Source: Bugula neritina
Lineage: Eukaryota; Animalia; Bryozoa
Reading direction: 5' to 3'
Length of the DNA stretch: 64,000 nt
Assembly (NCBI GenBank): GCA_964035545.1
Contig: CAXIUT010000073.1
Location: 310,001 to 374,000, forward strand
Positions 36,601 to 51,600 of this stretch are shown in pieces. The notes under the pieces were generated by a model that saw only the letters and a program-made list of their open reading frames with translations, did not search any database and was not told the DNA's origin. Made by a program: the position numbers and the translations under genes. Each line of letters opens with the position of its first letter. Within the stretch, counting starts at the first letter, position 1.

Positions 36601-39600
36601 ATGAGCTGGTTAGCTGACAGGACTCATTAAAGTTCTTAACTCTTGTGTGTATAGTGATGCCCATCTTGAACTAGAGAGGGCTGACGGAAGACTGCTACTT
36701 TGTGAAAATTGACAATGCATATTATTATTATTCATTGTTGAGATTCACGACTGCCATAAACAATGATAAAATATTCATTGTTGGTACTACTGAGTAGAAT
36801 AAAATATAATATAATATTATTCTCTGGACAGATAAACAATATCAAATGCATATTATAACATTACCATAAATCTACGGCGCTTCACATCTTCACCTTTTTC
36901 TGCAATGTTATTTCTTTGCAGTTAGAAGTACTAGCTGAATATATGACTATGAAACATAACCCTTCAATTTCATTGCACCAGCACCGATTTCAATATAGGT
37001 GTGTTGGGAGTTATCTTTCCTAAAGTTTTGTTCTTGGCGTTTATACGAAGCAGACACAGGCTAATATTAGTTTTGTTATTTGCAAGAGTTTTTCTGTCTG
37101 ATTGTCCATCAGCAAAAGTTTGCGCCTTGCAGTTATTATGGAAATACCAGTGATGCTGGAAGACCTTTGCATTGTACACCCGCCTTTACTATTGAATTTA
37201 GATGTTTTATTTTCCCATCCCCTCTCCTGCCCCCCTGTCCCCTCGAACAACCAGCAATCCTGACTCATGTGAAATGTGTTATTAAGTTTTAGAGTTGGAC
37301 CATGGGCCTACAGTATACGATTTGAAGCTTTATAGTTTACAGGCAGTGGAGATGAGTCACTGCTGAAACCCATTTTATTAGTAGACTATATTGCTCTTCA
37401 ATCATCAGTTTGCATATTAAAACAGAAAGCTCATCTGCAGCGCCATTTCACAGTGTTAAATTTTGCTAGAGTAAAAATTAATTTTAGATGCCTTTGCAAA
37501 CATATGAGAAATAAATGAGTCATTTTATGAAAAGAGGTGTTTGCAGCAGTTGTCCACTTTTGATTTAGACGCGTCATGGAAACTTTTGTAGTTTTAAATA
37601 ATATCTCCAAACTCATCACTTGCATGTGTTTATATACTTGATGAAGTTTTTCATGTAAAACTTGATGCCTGCTTCAAAGACACCAGTTAACTGTATTGGC
37701 ACGTTGCCATGAGATATTTGGTAATATTTAGCATCACAACATACTCTTCAGAAAGTTAAGAAAATCAGTCTATAGGAAGTTAATGAAATAAACCTACCAG
37801 AGAGAGTAAGCCAGATGTAACAAGTAGATCCAAAACAAGTTGATTAACAATTGAAGTTGAATTCTCCATGTAGTGAATACTTTAGTCCTAATGTCAAATG
37901 CAAACGTCTGCAACCAAATTGTGTAGACTTCATGAGCTGGTTAGCTGACAGGACTCATTAAAGTTCTTAACTCTTGTGTGTATAGTGATGCCCATCTTGA
38001 ACTAGAGAGGGCTGACTGAAGACTGCTACTTTGTGAAAATTGACAATGCGTATTATTATTATTCATTGTTGAGATTCACGACTGCCATAAACAATGATAA
38101 AATATTCATTGTTGGTACTACTGAGTAGAATAAAATATAATATAATATTATTCTCTGGACAGATAAACAATATCAAATGCATAATATAACATTACCATAA
38201 ATCTACGGCGCTTCACATCTTCACCTTTTTCTGCAATGTTATTTCTTTGCAGTTAGAAGTACTAGCTGAATATATGACTATGAAACATAACCCTTCAATT
38301 TCATTGCACCAGCACCGATTTCAATATAGGTGTGTTGGGAGTTATCTTTCCTAAAGTTTTGTTCTTGGCGTTTATACGAAGCAGACACAGGCTAATATTA
38401 GTTTTGTTATTTGCAAGAGTTTTTCTGTCTGATTGTCCATCAGCAAAAGTTTGCGCCTTGCAGTTATTATGGAAATACCAGTGATGCTGGAAGACCTTTG
38501 CATTGTACACCCGCCTTTACTATTGAATTTAGATGTTTTATTTTCCCATCCCCTCTCCTGCCCCCCTGTCCCCTCTAACAACCAGCAATCCTGACTCATG
38601 TGAAATGTGTTATTAAGTTTTAGAGTTGGACCATGGGCCGACAGTATACGATTTGAAGCTTTATAGTTTACAGGCAGTGGAGATGAGTCACTGCTGAAAC
38701 CCATTTTATTAGTAGACTATATTGCTCTTCAATCATCAGTTTGCATATTAAAACAGAAAGCTCATCTGCAGCGCCATTTCACAGTGTTAAATTTTGCTAG
38801 AGTAAAAATTAATTTTAGATGCCTTTGCAAACATATGAGAAATAAATGAGTCATTTTATGAAAAGAGGTGTTTGCAGCAGTTGTCCACTTTTGATTTAGA
38901 CGCGTCATGGAAACTTTTGTAGTTTTAAATAATATCTCCAAACTCATCACTTGCATGTGTTTATATACTTGATAAAGTTTTTCATGCAAAACTTGATGCC
39001 TGCTTCAGAGACACCAGTGGTTAAATACTGTGTTAACTGTATTGGCACGTTGCCATGAGATATTTGGTAATATTTAGCATCACAACATACTCTTCAGAAA
39101 GTTAAGAAAATCAGTCTATAGAAAGTTAATGAAATAAACCTACCAGAGAGAGTAAGCCAGATGTAACAAGTAGATCCAAAACAAGTTGATTAACAATTGA
39201 AGTTGAATTCTCCATGTAGTGAATACTTTAGTCCTAATGTCAAATGCAAACGTCTGCAACCAAATTGTGTAGACTTCATGAGCTGGTTAGCTGACAGGAC
39301 TCATTAAAGTTCTTAACTCTTGTGTGTATAGTGATGCCCATCTTGAACTAGAGAGGGCTGACTGAAGACTGCTACTTTGTGAAAATTGACAATGCATATT
39401 ATTATTATTCATTGTTGAGATTCACGACTGCCATAAACAATGATAAAATATTCATTGTTGGTACTACTGAGTAGAATAAAATATAATATAATATTATTCT
39501 CTGGACAGATAAACAATATCAAATGCATATTATAACATTACCATAAATCTACGGCGCTTCACATCTTCACCTTTTTCTGCAATGTTATTTCTTTGCAGTT

Positions 39601-42600
39601 AGAAGTACTAGCTGAATATATGACTATGAAACATAACCCTTCAATTTCATTGCACCAGCACCGATTTCAATGTAGGTGTGTTGGGAGTTATCTTTCCTAA
39701 ATTTTTGTTCTTGGCAATTATACGAAACAGACACAGGCTAATATTAGTTTTGTTATTTGCAAGAGTTTTTCTGTCTGATTGTCCATCAGCAAAAGTTTGC
39801 GCCTTCCCGTTATTATGGAAATTCCAGTGCTGCTGGAAGACCTTTGCATTGTACACCCGCCTTTACTATTGAATTTAGATGTTTTATTTTCCCATCCCCT
39901 CTCCTGCCCCCCTGTCCCCTCTAACAACCAGCAATCCTGACTCATGTGAAATGTGTTATTAAGTTTTAGAGTTGGACCATGGGCCTACAGTATACGATTT
40001 GAAGCTTTATAGTTTACAGGCAGTGGAGATGAGTCACTGCTGAAACCCATTTTATTAGTAGACTATATTGCTGTTCAATCATCAGTTTGCATATTAAAAC
40101 AGAAAGCTCATCTGCAGCGCCATTTCACAGTGTTAAATTTTGCTAGAGTAAAAATTAATTTTAGATGCCTTTGCAAACATATGAGAAATAAATGAGTCAT
40201 TTTATGAAAAGAGGTGTTTGCAGCAGTTGTCCACTTTTGATTTAGACGCGTCATGGAAACTTTTGTAGTTTTAAATAATATCTCCAAACTCATCACTTGC
40301 ATGTGTTTATATACTTGATGAAGTTTTTCATGCAAAACTTGATGCCTGCTTCAAAGACACCAGTTAACTGTATTGGCACGTTGCCATGAGATATTTGGTA
40401 ATATTTAGCATCACAACATACTCTTCAGAAAGTTAAGAAAATCAGTCTATAGGAAGTTAATGAAATAAACCTACCAGAGAGAGTAAGCCAGATGTAACAA
40501 GTAGATCCAAAACAAGTTGATTAACAATTGAAGTTGAATTCTCCATGTAGTGAATACTTTAGTCCTAATGTCAAATGCAAACGTCTGCAACCAAATTGTG
40601 TAGACTTCATGAGCTGGTTAGCTGACAGGACTCATTAAAGTTCTTAACTCTTGTGTGTATAGTGATGCCCATCTTGAACTAGAGAGGGCTGACTGAAGAC
40701 TGCTACTTTGTGAAAATTGACAATGCGTATTATTATTATTCATTGTTGAGATTCACGACTGCCATAAACAATGATAAAATATTCATTGTTGGTACTACTG
40801 AGTAGAATAAAATATAATATAATATTATTCTCTGGACAGATAAACAATATCAAATGCATAATATAACATTACCATAAATCTACGGCGCTTCACATCTTCA
40901 CCTTTTTCTGCAATGTTATTTCTTTGCAGTTAGAAGTACTAGCTGAATATATGACTATGAAACATAACCCTTCAATTTCATTGCACCAGCACCGATTTCA
41001 ATATAGGTGTGTTGGGAGTTATCTTTCCTAAAGTTTTGTTCTTGGCGTTTATATGAAGCAGACACAGGCTAATATTAGTTTTGTTATTTGCAAGAGTTTT
41101 TCTGTCTGATTGTCCATCAGCAAAAGTTTGCGCCTTCCCGTTATTATGGAAATTCCAGTGCTGCTGGAAGACCTTTGCATTGTACACCCGCCTTTACTAT
41201 TGAATTTAGATGTTTTATTTTCCCATCCCCTCTCCTGCCCCCCTGTCCCCTCTAACAACCAGCAATCCTGACTCATGCGAAATGTGTTATTAAGTTTTAG
41301 AGTTGGACCATGGGCCGACAGTATACGATTTGAAGCTTTATAGTTTACAGGCAGTGGAGATGAGTCACTGCTGAAACCCATTTTATTAGTAGACTATATT
41401 GCTCTTCAATCATCAGTTTTCATATTCAAAGAGAAAGCTCATCTGCAGCGCCATTTCACAGTGTTATATTTTGCTAGAGTAATAACTAATTTTAGATGCC
41501 TTTGCAAACATATGAGAAATAAATGAGTCATTTTATGAAAAGAGGTGTTTGCAGCAGTTGTCCACTTTTGATTTAGACGCGTCATGGAAACTTTTGTAGT
41601 TTTAAATAATATCTCCAAACTCATCACTTGCATGTGTTTATATACTTGATAAAGTTTTTCATGCAAAACTTGATGCCTGCTTCAAAGACACCAGTTAACT
41701 GTATTGGCACGTTGCCATGAGATATTTGGTAATATTTAGCATCACAACATACTCTTCAGAAAGTTAAGAAAATCAGTCTATAGGAAGTTAATGAAATAAA
41801 CCTACCAGAGAGAGTAAGCCAGATGTAACAAGTAGATCCAAAACAAGTTGATTAACAATTGAAGTTGAATTCTCCATGTAGTGAATACTTTAGTCCTAAT
41901 GTCAAATGCAAACGTCTGCAACCAAATTGTGTAGACTTCATGAGCTGGTTAGCTGACAGGACTCATTAAAGTTCTTAACTCTTGTGTGTATAGTGATGCC
42001 CATCTTGAACTAGAGAGGGCTGACTGAAGACTGCTACTTTGTGAAAATTGACAATGCGTATTATTATTATTCATTGTTGAGATTCACGACTGCCATAAAC
42101 AATGATAAAATATTCATTGTTGGTACTACTGAGTAGAATAAAATATAATATAATATTATTCTCTGGACAGATAAACAATATCAAATGCATAATATAACAT
42201 TACCATAAATCTACGGCGCTTCACATCTTCACCTTTTTCTGCAATGTTATTTCTTTGCAGTTAGAAGTACTAGCTGAATATATGACTATGAAACATAACC
42301 CTTCAATTTCATTGCACCAGCACCGATTTCAATATAGGTGTGTTGGGAGTTATCTTTCCTAAAGTTTTGTTCTTGGCGTTTATACGAAGCAGACACAGGC
42401 TAATATTAGTTTTGTTATTTGCAAGAGTTTTTCTGTCTGATTGTCCATCAGCAAAAGTTTGCGCCTTGCAGTTATTATGGAAATACCAGTGATGCTGGAA
42501 GACCTTTGCATTGTACACCCGCCTTTACTATTGAATTTAGATGTTTTATTTTCCCATCCCCTCTCCTGCCCCCCTGTCCCCTCTAACAACCAGCAATCCT

Positions 42601-45600
42601 GACTCATGTGAAATGTGTTATTAAGTTTTAGAGTTGGACCATGGGCCGACAGTATACGATTTGAAGCTTTATAGTTTACAGGCAGTGGAGATGAGTCACT
42701 GCTGAAACCCATTTTATTAGTAGACTATATTGCTCTTCAATCATCAGTTTGCATATTAAAACAGAAAGCTCATCTGCAGCGCCATTTCACAGTGTTAAAT
42801 TTTGCTAGAGTAAAAATTAATTTTAGATGCCTTTGCAAACATATGAGAAATAAATGAGTCATTTTATGAAAAGAGGTGTTTGCAGCAGTTGTCCACTTTT
42901 GATTTAGACGCGTCATGGAAACTTTTGTAGTTTTAAATAATATCTCCAAACTCATCACTTGCATGTGTTTATATACTTGATAAAGTTTTTCATGCAAAAC
43001 TTGATGCCTGCTTCAGAGACACCAGTGCTTAAATACTGTGTTAACTGTATTGGCACGTTGCCATGAGATATTTGGTAATATTTAGCATCACAACATACTC
43101 TTCAGAAAGTTAAGAAAATCAGTCTATAGAAAGTTAATGAAATAAACCTACCAGAGAGAGTAAGCCAGATGTAACAAGTAGATCCAAAACAAGTTGATTA
43201 ACAATTGAAGTTGAATTCTCCATGTAGTGAATACTTTAGTCCTAATGTCAAATGCAAACGTCTGCAACCAAATTGTGTAGACTTCATGAGCTGGTTAGCT
43301 GACAGGACTCATTAAAGTTCTTAACTCTTGTGTGTATAGTGATGCCCATCTTGAACTAGAGAGGGCTGACTGAAGACTGCTACTTTGTGAAAATTGACAA
43401 TGCATATTATTATTATTCATTGTTGAGATTCACGACTGCCATAAACAATGATAAAATATTCATTGTTGGTACTACTGAGTAGAATAAAATATAATATAAT
43501 ATTATTCTCTGGACAGATAAACAATATCAAATGCATATTATAACATTACCATAAATCTACGGCGCTTCACATCTTCACCTTTTTCTGCAATGTTATTTCT
43601 TTGCAGTTAGAAGTACTAGCTGAATATATGACTATGAAACATAACCCTTCAATTTCATTGCACCAGCACCGATTTCAATGTAGGTGTGTTGGGAGTTATC
43701 TTTCCTAAATTTTTGTTCTTGGCAATTATACGAAACAGACACAGGCTAATATTAGTTTTGTTATTTGCAAGAGTTTTTCTGTCTGATTGTCCATCAGCAA
43801 AAGTTTGCGCCTTCCCGTTATTATGGAAATTCCAGTGCTGCTGGAAGACCTTTGCATTGTACACCCGCCTTTACTATTGAATTTAGATGTTTTATTTTCC
43901 CATCCCCTCTCCTGCCCCCCTGTCCCCTCTAACAACCAGCAATCCTGACTCATGTGAAATGTGTTATTAAGTTTTAGAGTTGGACCATGGGCCTACAGTA
44001 TACGATTTGAAGCTTTATAGTTTACAGGCAGTGGAGATGAGTCACTGCTGAAACCCATTTTATTAGTAGACTATATTGCTGTTCAATCATCAGTTTGCAT
44101 ATTAAAACAGAAAGCTCATCTGCAGCGCCATTTCACAGTGTTAAATTTTGCTAGAGTAAAAATTAATTTTAGATGCCTTTGCAAACATATGAGAAATAAA
44201 TGAGTCATTTTATGAAAAGAGGTGTTTGCAGCAGTTGTCCACTTTTGATTTAGACGCGTCATGGAAACTTTTGTAGTTTTAAATAATATCTCCAAACTCA
44301 TCACTTGCATGTGTTTATATACTTGATGAAGTTTTTCATGCAAAACTTGATGCCTGCTTCAAAGACACCAGTTAACTGTATTGGCACGTTGCCATGAGAT
44401 ATTTGGTAATATTTAGCATCACAACATACTCTTCAGAAAGTTAAGAAAATCAGTCTATAGGAAGTTAATGAAATAAACCTACCAGAGAGAGTAAGCCAGA
44501 TGTAACAAGTAGATCCAAAACAAGTTGATTAACAATTGAAGTTGAATTCTCCATGTAGTGAATACTTTAGTCCTAATGTCAAATGCAAACGTCTGCAACC
44601 AAATTGTGTAGACTTCATGAGCTGGTTAGCTGACAGGACTCATTAAAGTTCTTAACTCTTGTGTGTATAGTGATGCCCATCTTGAACTAGAGAGGGCTGA
44701 CTGAAGACTGCTACTTTGTGAAAATTGACAATGCGTATTATTATTATTCATTGTTGAGATTCACGACTGCCATAAACAATGATAAAATATTCATTGTTGG
44801 TACTACTGAGTAGAATAAAATATAATATAATATTATTCTCTGGACAGATAAACAATATCAAATGCATAATATAACATTACCATAAATCTACGGCGCTTCA
44901 CATCTTCACCTTTTTCTGCAATGTTATTTCTTTGCAGTTAGAAGTACTAGCTGAATATATGACTATGAAACATAACCCTTCAATTTCATTGCACCAGCAC
45001 CGATTTCAATATAGGTGTGTTGGGAGTTATCTTTCCTAAAGTTTTGTTCTTGGCGTTTATATGAAGCAGACACAGGCTAATATTAGTTTTGTTATTTGCA
45101 AGAGTTTTTCTGTCTGATTGTCCATCAGCAAAAGTTTGCGCCTTCCCGTTATTATGGAAATTCCAGTGCTGCTGGAAGACCTTTGCATTGTACACCCGCC
45201 TTTACTATTGAATTTAGATGTTTTATTTTCCCATCCCCTCTCCTGCCCCCCTGTCCCCTCTAACAACCAGCAATCCTGACTCATGCGAAATGTGTTATTA
45301 AGTTTTAGAGTTGGACCATGGGCCGACAGTATACGATTTGAAGCTTTATAGTTTACAGGCAGTGGAGATGAGTCACTGCTGAAACCCATTTTATTAGTAG
45401 ACTATATTGCTCTTCAATCATCAGTTTTCATATTCAAAGAGAAAGCTCATCTGCAGCGCCATTTCACAGTGTTATATTTTGCTAGAGTAATAACTAATTT
45501 TAGATGCCTTTGCAAACATATGAGAAATAAATGAGTCATTTTATGAAAAGAGGTGTTTGCAGCAGTTGTCCACTTTTGATTTAGACGCGTCATGGAAACT

Positions 45601-48600
45601 TTTGTAGTTTTAAATAATATCTCCAAACTCATCACTTGCATGTGTTTATATACTTGATAAAGTTTTTCATGCAAAACTTGATGCCTGCTTCAAAGACACC
45701 AGTTAACTGTATTGGCACGTTGCCATGAGATATTTGGTAATATTTAGCATCACAACATACTCTTCAGAAAGTTAAGAAAATCAGTCTATAGGAAGTTAAT
45801 GAAATAAACCTACCAGAGAGAGTAAGCCAGATGTAACAAGTAGATCCAAAACAAGTTGATTAACAATTGAAGTTGAATTCTCCATGTAGTGAATACTTTA
45901 GTCCTAATGTCAAATGCAAACGTCTGCAACCAAATTGTGTAGACTTCATGAGCTGGTTAGCTGACAGGACTCATTAAAGTTCTTAACTCTTGTGTGTATA
46001 GTGATGCCCATCTTGAACTAGAGAGGGCTGACTGAAGACTGCTACTTTGTGAAAATTGACAATGCGTATTATTATTATTCATTGTTGAGATTCACGACTG
46101 CCATAAACAATGATAAAATATTCATTGTTGGTACTACTGAGTAGAATAAAATATAATATAATATTATTCTCTGGACAGATAAACAATATCAAATGCATAA
46201 TATAACATTACCATAAATCTACGGCGCTTCACATCTTCACCTTTTTCTGCAATGTTATTTCTTTGCAGTTAGAAGTACTAGCTGAATATATGACTATGAA
46301 ACATAACCCTTCAATTTCATTGCACCAGCACCGATTTCAATATAGGTGTGTTGGGAGTTATCTTTCCTAAAGTTTTGTTCTTGGCGTTTATATGAAGCAG
46401 ACACAGGCTAATATTAGTTTTGTTATTTGCAAGAGTTTTTCTGTCTGATTGTCCATCAGCAAAAGTTTGCGCCTTCCCGTTATTATGGAAATTCCAGTGC
46501 TGCTGGAAGACCTTTGCATTGTACACCCGCCTTTACTATTGAATTTAGATGTTTTATTTTCCCATCCCCTCTCCTGCCCCCCTGTCCCCTCTAACAACCA
46601 GCAATCCTGACTCATGCGAAATGTGTTATTAAGTTTTAGAGTTGGACCATGGGCCGACAGTATACGATTTGAAGCTTTATAGTTTACAGGCAGTGGAGAT
46701 GAGTCACTGCTGAAACCCATTTTATTAGTAGACTATATTGCTCTTCAATCATCAGTTTTCATATTCAAAGAGAAAGCTCATCTGCAGCGCCATTTCACAG
46801 TGTTATATTTTGCTAGAGTAATAACTAATTTTAGATGCCTTTGCAAACATATGAGAAATAAATGAGTCATTTTATGAAAAGAGGTGTTTGCAGCAGTTGT
46901 CCACTTTTGATTTAGACGCGTCATGGAAACTTTTGTAGTTTTAAATAATATCTCCAAACTCATCACTTGCATGTGTTTATATACTTGATAAAGTTTTTCA
47001 TGCAAAACTTGATGCCTGCTTCAAAGACACCAGTGCTTAAAACTGTGTTAACTGTATTGGCACGTTGCCATGAGATATTTGGTAATATTTAGCATCACAA
47101 CATACTCTTCAGAAAGTTAAGAAAATCAGTCTATAGAAAGTTAATGAAATAAACCTACCAGAGAGAGTAAGCCAGATGTAACAAGTAGATCCAAAACAAG
47201 TTGATTGACAATTGAAGTTGAATTCTCCATGTAGTGAATACTTTAGTCCTAATGTCAAATGCAAACGTCTGCAACCAAATTGTGTAGACTTCATGAGCTG
47301 GTTAGCTGACAGGACTCATTAAAGTTCTTAACTCTTGTGTGTATAGTGATGCCCATCTTGAACTAGAGAGGGCTGACGGAAGACTGCTACTTTGTGAAAA
47401 TTGACAATGCATATTATTATTATTCATTGTTGAGATTCACGACTGCCATAAACAATGATAAAATATTCATTGTTGGTACTACTGAGTAGAATAAAATATA
47501 ATATAATATTATTCTCTGGACAGATAAACAATATCAAATGCATATTATAACATTACCATAAATCTACGGCGCTTCACATCTTCACCTTTTTCTGCAATGT
47601 TATTTCTTTGCAGTTAGAAGTACTAGCTGAATATATGACTATGAAACATAACCCTTCAATTTCATTGCACCAGCACCGATTTCAATGTAGGTGTGTTGGG
47701 AGTTATCTTTCCTAAATTTTTGTTCTTGGCAATTATACGAAACAGACACAGGCTAATATTAGTTTTGTTATTTGCAAGAGTTTTTCTGTCTGATTGTCCA
47801 TCAGCAAAAGTTTGCGCCTTCCCGTTATTATGGAAATTCCAGTGCTGCTGGAAGACCTTTGCATTGTACACCCGCCTTTACTATTGAATTTAGATGTTTT
47901 ATTTTCCCATCCCCTCTCCTGCCCCCCTGTCCCCTCTAACAACCAGCAATCCTGACTCATGCGAAATGTGTTATTAAGTTTTAGAGTTGGACCATGGGCC
48001 GACAGTATACGATTTGAAACTTTATAGTTTACAGGCAGTGGAGATGAGTCACTGCTGAAACCCATTTTATTAGTAGACTATATTGCTCTTCAATCATCAG
48101 TTTTCATATTCAAAGAGAAAGCTCATCTGCAGCGCCATTTCACAGTGTTATATTTTGCTAGAGTAATAACTAATTTTAGATGCCTTTGCAAACATATGAG
48201 AAATAAATGAGTCATTTTATGAAAAGAGGTGTTTGCAGCAGTTGTCCACTTTTGATTTAGACGCGTCATGGAAACTTTTGTAGTTTTAAATAATATCTCC
48301 AAACTCATCACTTGCATGTGTTTATATACTTGATAAAGTTTTTCATGCAAAACTTGATGCCTGCTTCAAAGACACCAGTGCTTAAATACTGTGTTAACTG
48401 TATTGGCACGTTGCCATGAGATATTTGGTAATATTTAGCATCACAACATACTCTTCAGAAAGTTAAGAAAATCAGTCTATAGAAAGTTAATGAAATAAAC
48501 CTACCAGAGAGAGTAAGCCAGATGTAACAAGTAGATCCAAAACAAGTTGATTAACAATTGAAGTTGAATTCTCCATGTAGTGAATACTTTAGTCCTAATG

Positions 48601-51600
48601 TCAAATGCAAACGTCTGCAACCAAATTGTGTAGACTTCATGAGCTGGTTAGCTGACAGGACTCATTAAAGTTCTTAACTCTTGTGTGTATAGTGATGCCC
48701 ATCTTGAACTAGAGAGGGCTGACGGAAGACTGCTACTTTGTGAAAATTGACAATGCATATTATTATTATTCATTGTTGAGATTCACGACTGCCATAAACA
48801 ATGATAAAATATTCATTGTTGGTACTACTGAGTAGAATAAAATATAATATAATATTATTCTCTGGACAGATAAACAATATCAAATGCATATTATAACATT
48901 ACCATAAATCTACGGCGCTTCACATCTTCACCTTTTTCTGCAATGTTATTTCTTTGCAGTTAGAAGTACTAGCTGAATATATGACTATGAAACATAACCC
49001 TTCAATTTCATTGCACCAGCACCGATTTCAATATAGGTGTGTTGGGAGTTATCTTTCCTAAAGTTTTGTTCTTGGCGTTTATACGAAGCAGACACAGGCT
49101 AATATTAGTTTTGTTATTTGCAAGAGTTTTTCTGTCTGATTGTCCATCAGCAAAAGTTTGCGCCTTGCAGTTATTATGGAAATACCAGTGATGCTGGAAG
49201 ACCTTTGCATTGTACACCCGCCTTTACTATTGAATTTAGATGTTTTATTTTCCCATCCCCTCTCCTGCCCCCCTGTCCCCTCTAACAACCAGCAATCCTG
49301 ACTCATGTGAAATGTGTTATTAAGTTTTAGAGTTGGACCATGGGCCTACAGTATACGATTTGAAGCTTTATAGTTTACAGGCAGTGGAGATGAGTCACTG
49401 CTGAAACCCATTTTATTAGTAGACTATATTGCTCTTCAATCATCAGTTTGCATATTAAAACAGAAAGCTCATCTGCAGCGCCATTTCACAGTGTTAAATT
49501 TTGCTAGAGTAAAAATTAATTTTAGATGCCTTTGCAAACATATGAGAAATAAATGAGTCATTTTATGAAAAGAGGTGTTTGCAGCAGTTGTCCACTTTTG
49601 ATTTAGACGCGTCATGGAAACTTTTGTAGTTTTAAATAATATCTCCAAACTCATCACTTGCATGTGTTTATATACTTGATGAAGTTTTTCATGCAAAACT
49701 TGATGCCTGCTTCAAAGACACCAGTTAACTGTATTGGCACGTTGCCATGAGATATTTGGTAATATTTAGCATCACAACATACTCTTCAGAAAGTTAAGAA
49801 AATCAGTCTATAGGAAGTTAATGAAATAAACCTACCAGAGAGAGTAAGCCAGATGTAACAAGTAGATCCAAAACAAGTTGATTAACAATTGAAGTTGAAT
49901 TCTCCATGTAGTGAATACTTTAGTCCTAATGTCAAATGCAAACGTCTGCAACCAAATTGTGTAGACTTCATGAGCTGGTTAGCTGACAGGACTCATTAAA
50001 GTTCTTAACTCTTGTGTGTATAGTGATGCCCATCTTGAACTAGAGAGGGCTGACTGAAGACTGCTACTTTGTGAAAATTGACAATGCGTATTATTATTAT
50101 TCATTGTTGAGATTCACGACTGCCATAAACAATGATAAAATATTCATTGTTGGTACTACTGAGTAGAATAAAATATAATATAATATTATTCTCTGGACAG
50201 ATAAACAATATCAAATGCATAATATAACATTACCATAAATCTACGGCGCTTCACATCTTCACCTTTTTCTGCAATGTTATTTCTTTGCAGTTAGAAGTAC
50301 TAGCTGAATATATGACTATGAAACATAACCCTTCAATTTCATTGCACCAGCACCGATTTCAATATAGGTGTGTTGGGAGTTATCTTTCCTAAAGTTTTGT
50401 TCTTGGCGTTTATACGAAGCAGACACAGGCTAATATTAGTTTTGTTATTTGCAAGAGTTTTTCTGTCTGATTGTCCATCAGCAAAAGTTTGCGCCTTGCA
50501 GTTATTATGGAAATACCAGTGATGCTGGAAGACCTTTGCATTGTACACCCGCCTTTACTATTGAATTTAGATGTTTTATTTTCCCATCCCCTCTCCTGCC
50601 CCCCTGTCCCCTCTAACAACCAGCAATCCTGACTCATGTGAAATGTGTTATTAAGTTTTAGAGTTGGACCATGGGCCGACAGTATACGATTTGAAGCTTT
50701 ATAGTTTACAGGCAGTGGAGATGAGTCACTGCTGAAACCCATTTTATTAGTAGACTATATTGCTCTTCAATCATCAGTTTGCATATTAAAACAGAAAGCT
50801 CATCTGCAGCGCCATTTCACAGTGTTAAATTTTGCTAGAGTAAAAATTAATTTTAGATGCCTTTGCAAACATATGAGAAATAAATGAGTCATTTTATGAA
50901 AAGAGGTGTTTGCAGCAGTTGTCCACTTTTGATTTAGACGCGTCATGGAAACTTTTGTAGTTTTAAATAATATCTCCAAACTCATCACTTGCATGTGTTT
51001 ATATACTTGATAAAGTTTTTCATGCAAAACTTGATGCCTGCTTCAGAGACACCAGTGGTTAAATACTGTGTTAACTGTATTGGCACGTTGCCATGAGATA
51101 TTTGGTAATATTTAGCATCACAACATACTCTTCAGAAAGTTAAGAAAATCAGTCTATAGAAAGTTAATGAAATAAACCTACCAGAGAGAGTAAGCCAGAT
51201 GTAACAAGTAGATCCAAAACAAGTTGATTAACAATTGAAGTTGAATTCTCCATGTAGTGAATACTTTAGTCCTAATGTCAAATGCAAACGTCTGCAACCA
51301 AATTGTGTAGACTTCATGAGCTGGTTAGCTGACAGGACTCATTAAAGTTCTTAACTCTTGTGTGTATAGTGATGCCCATCTTGAACTAGAGAGGGCTGAC
51401 TGAAGACTGCTACTTTGTGAAAATTGACAATGCATATTATTATTATTCATTGTTGAGATTCACGACTGCCATAAACAATGATAAAATATTCATTGTTGGT
51501 ACTACTGAGTAGAATAAAATATAATATAATATTATTCTCTGGACAGATAAACAATATCAAATGCATATTATAACATTACCATAAATCTACGGCGCTTCAC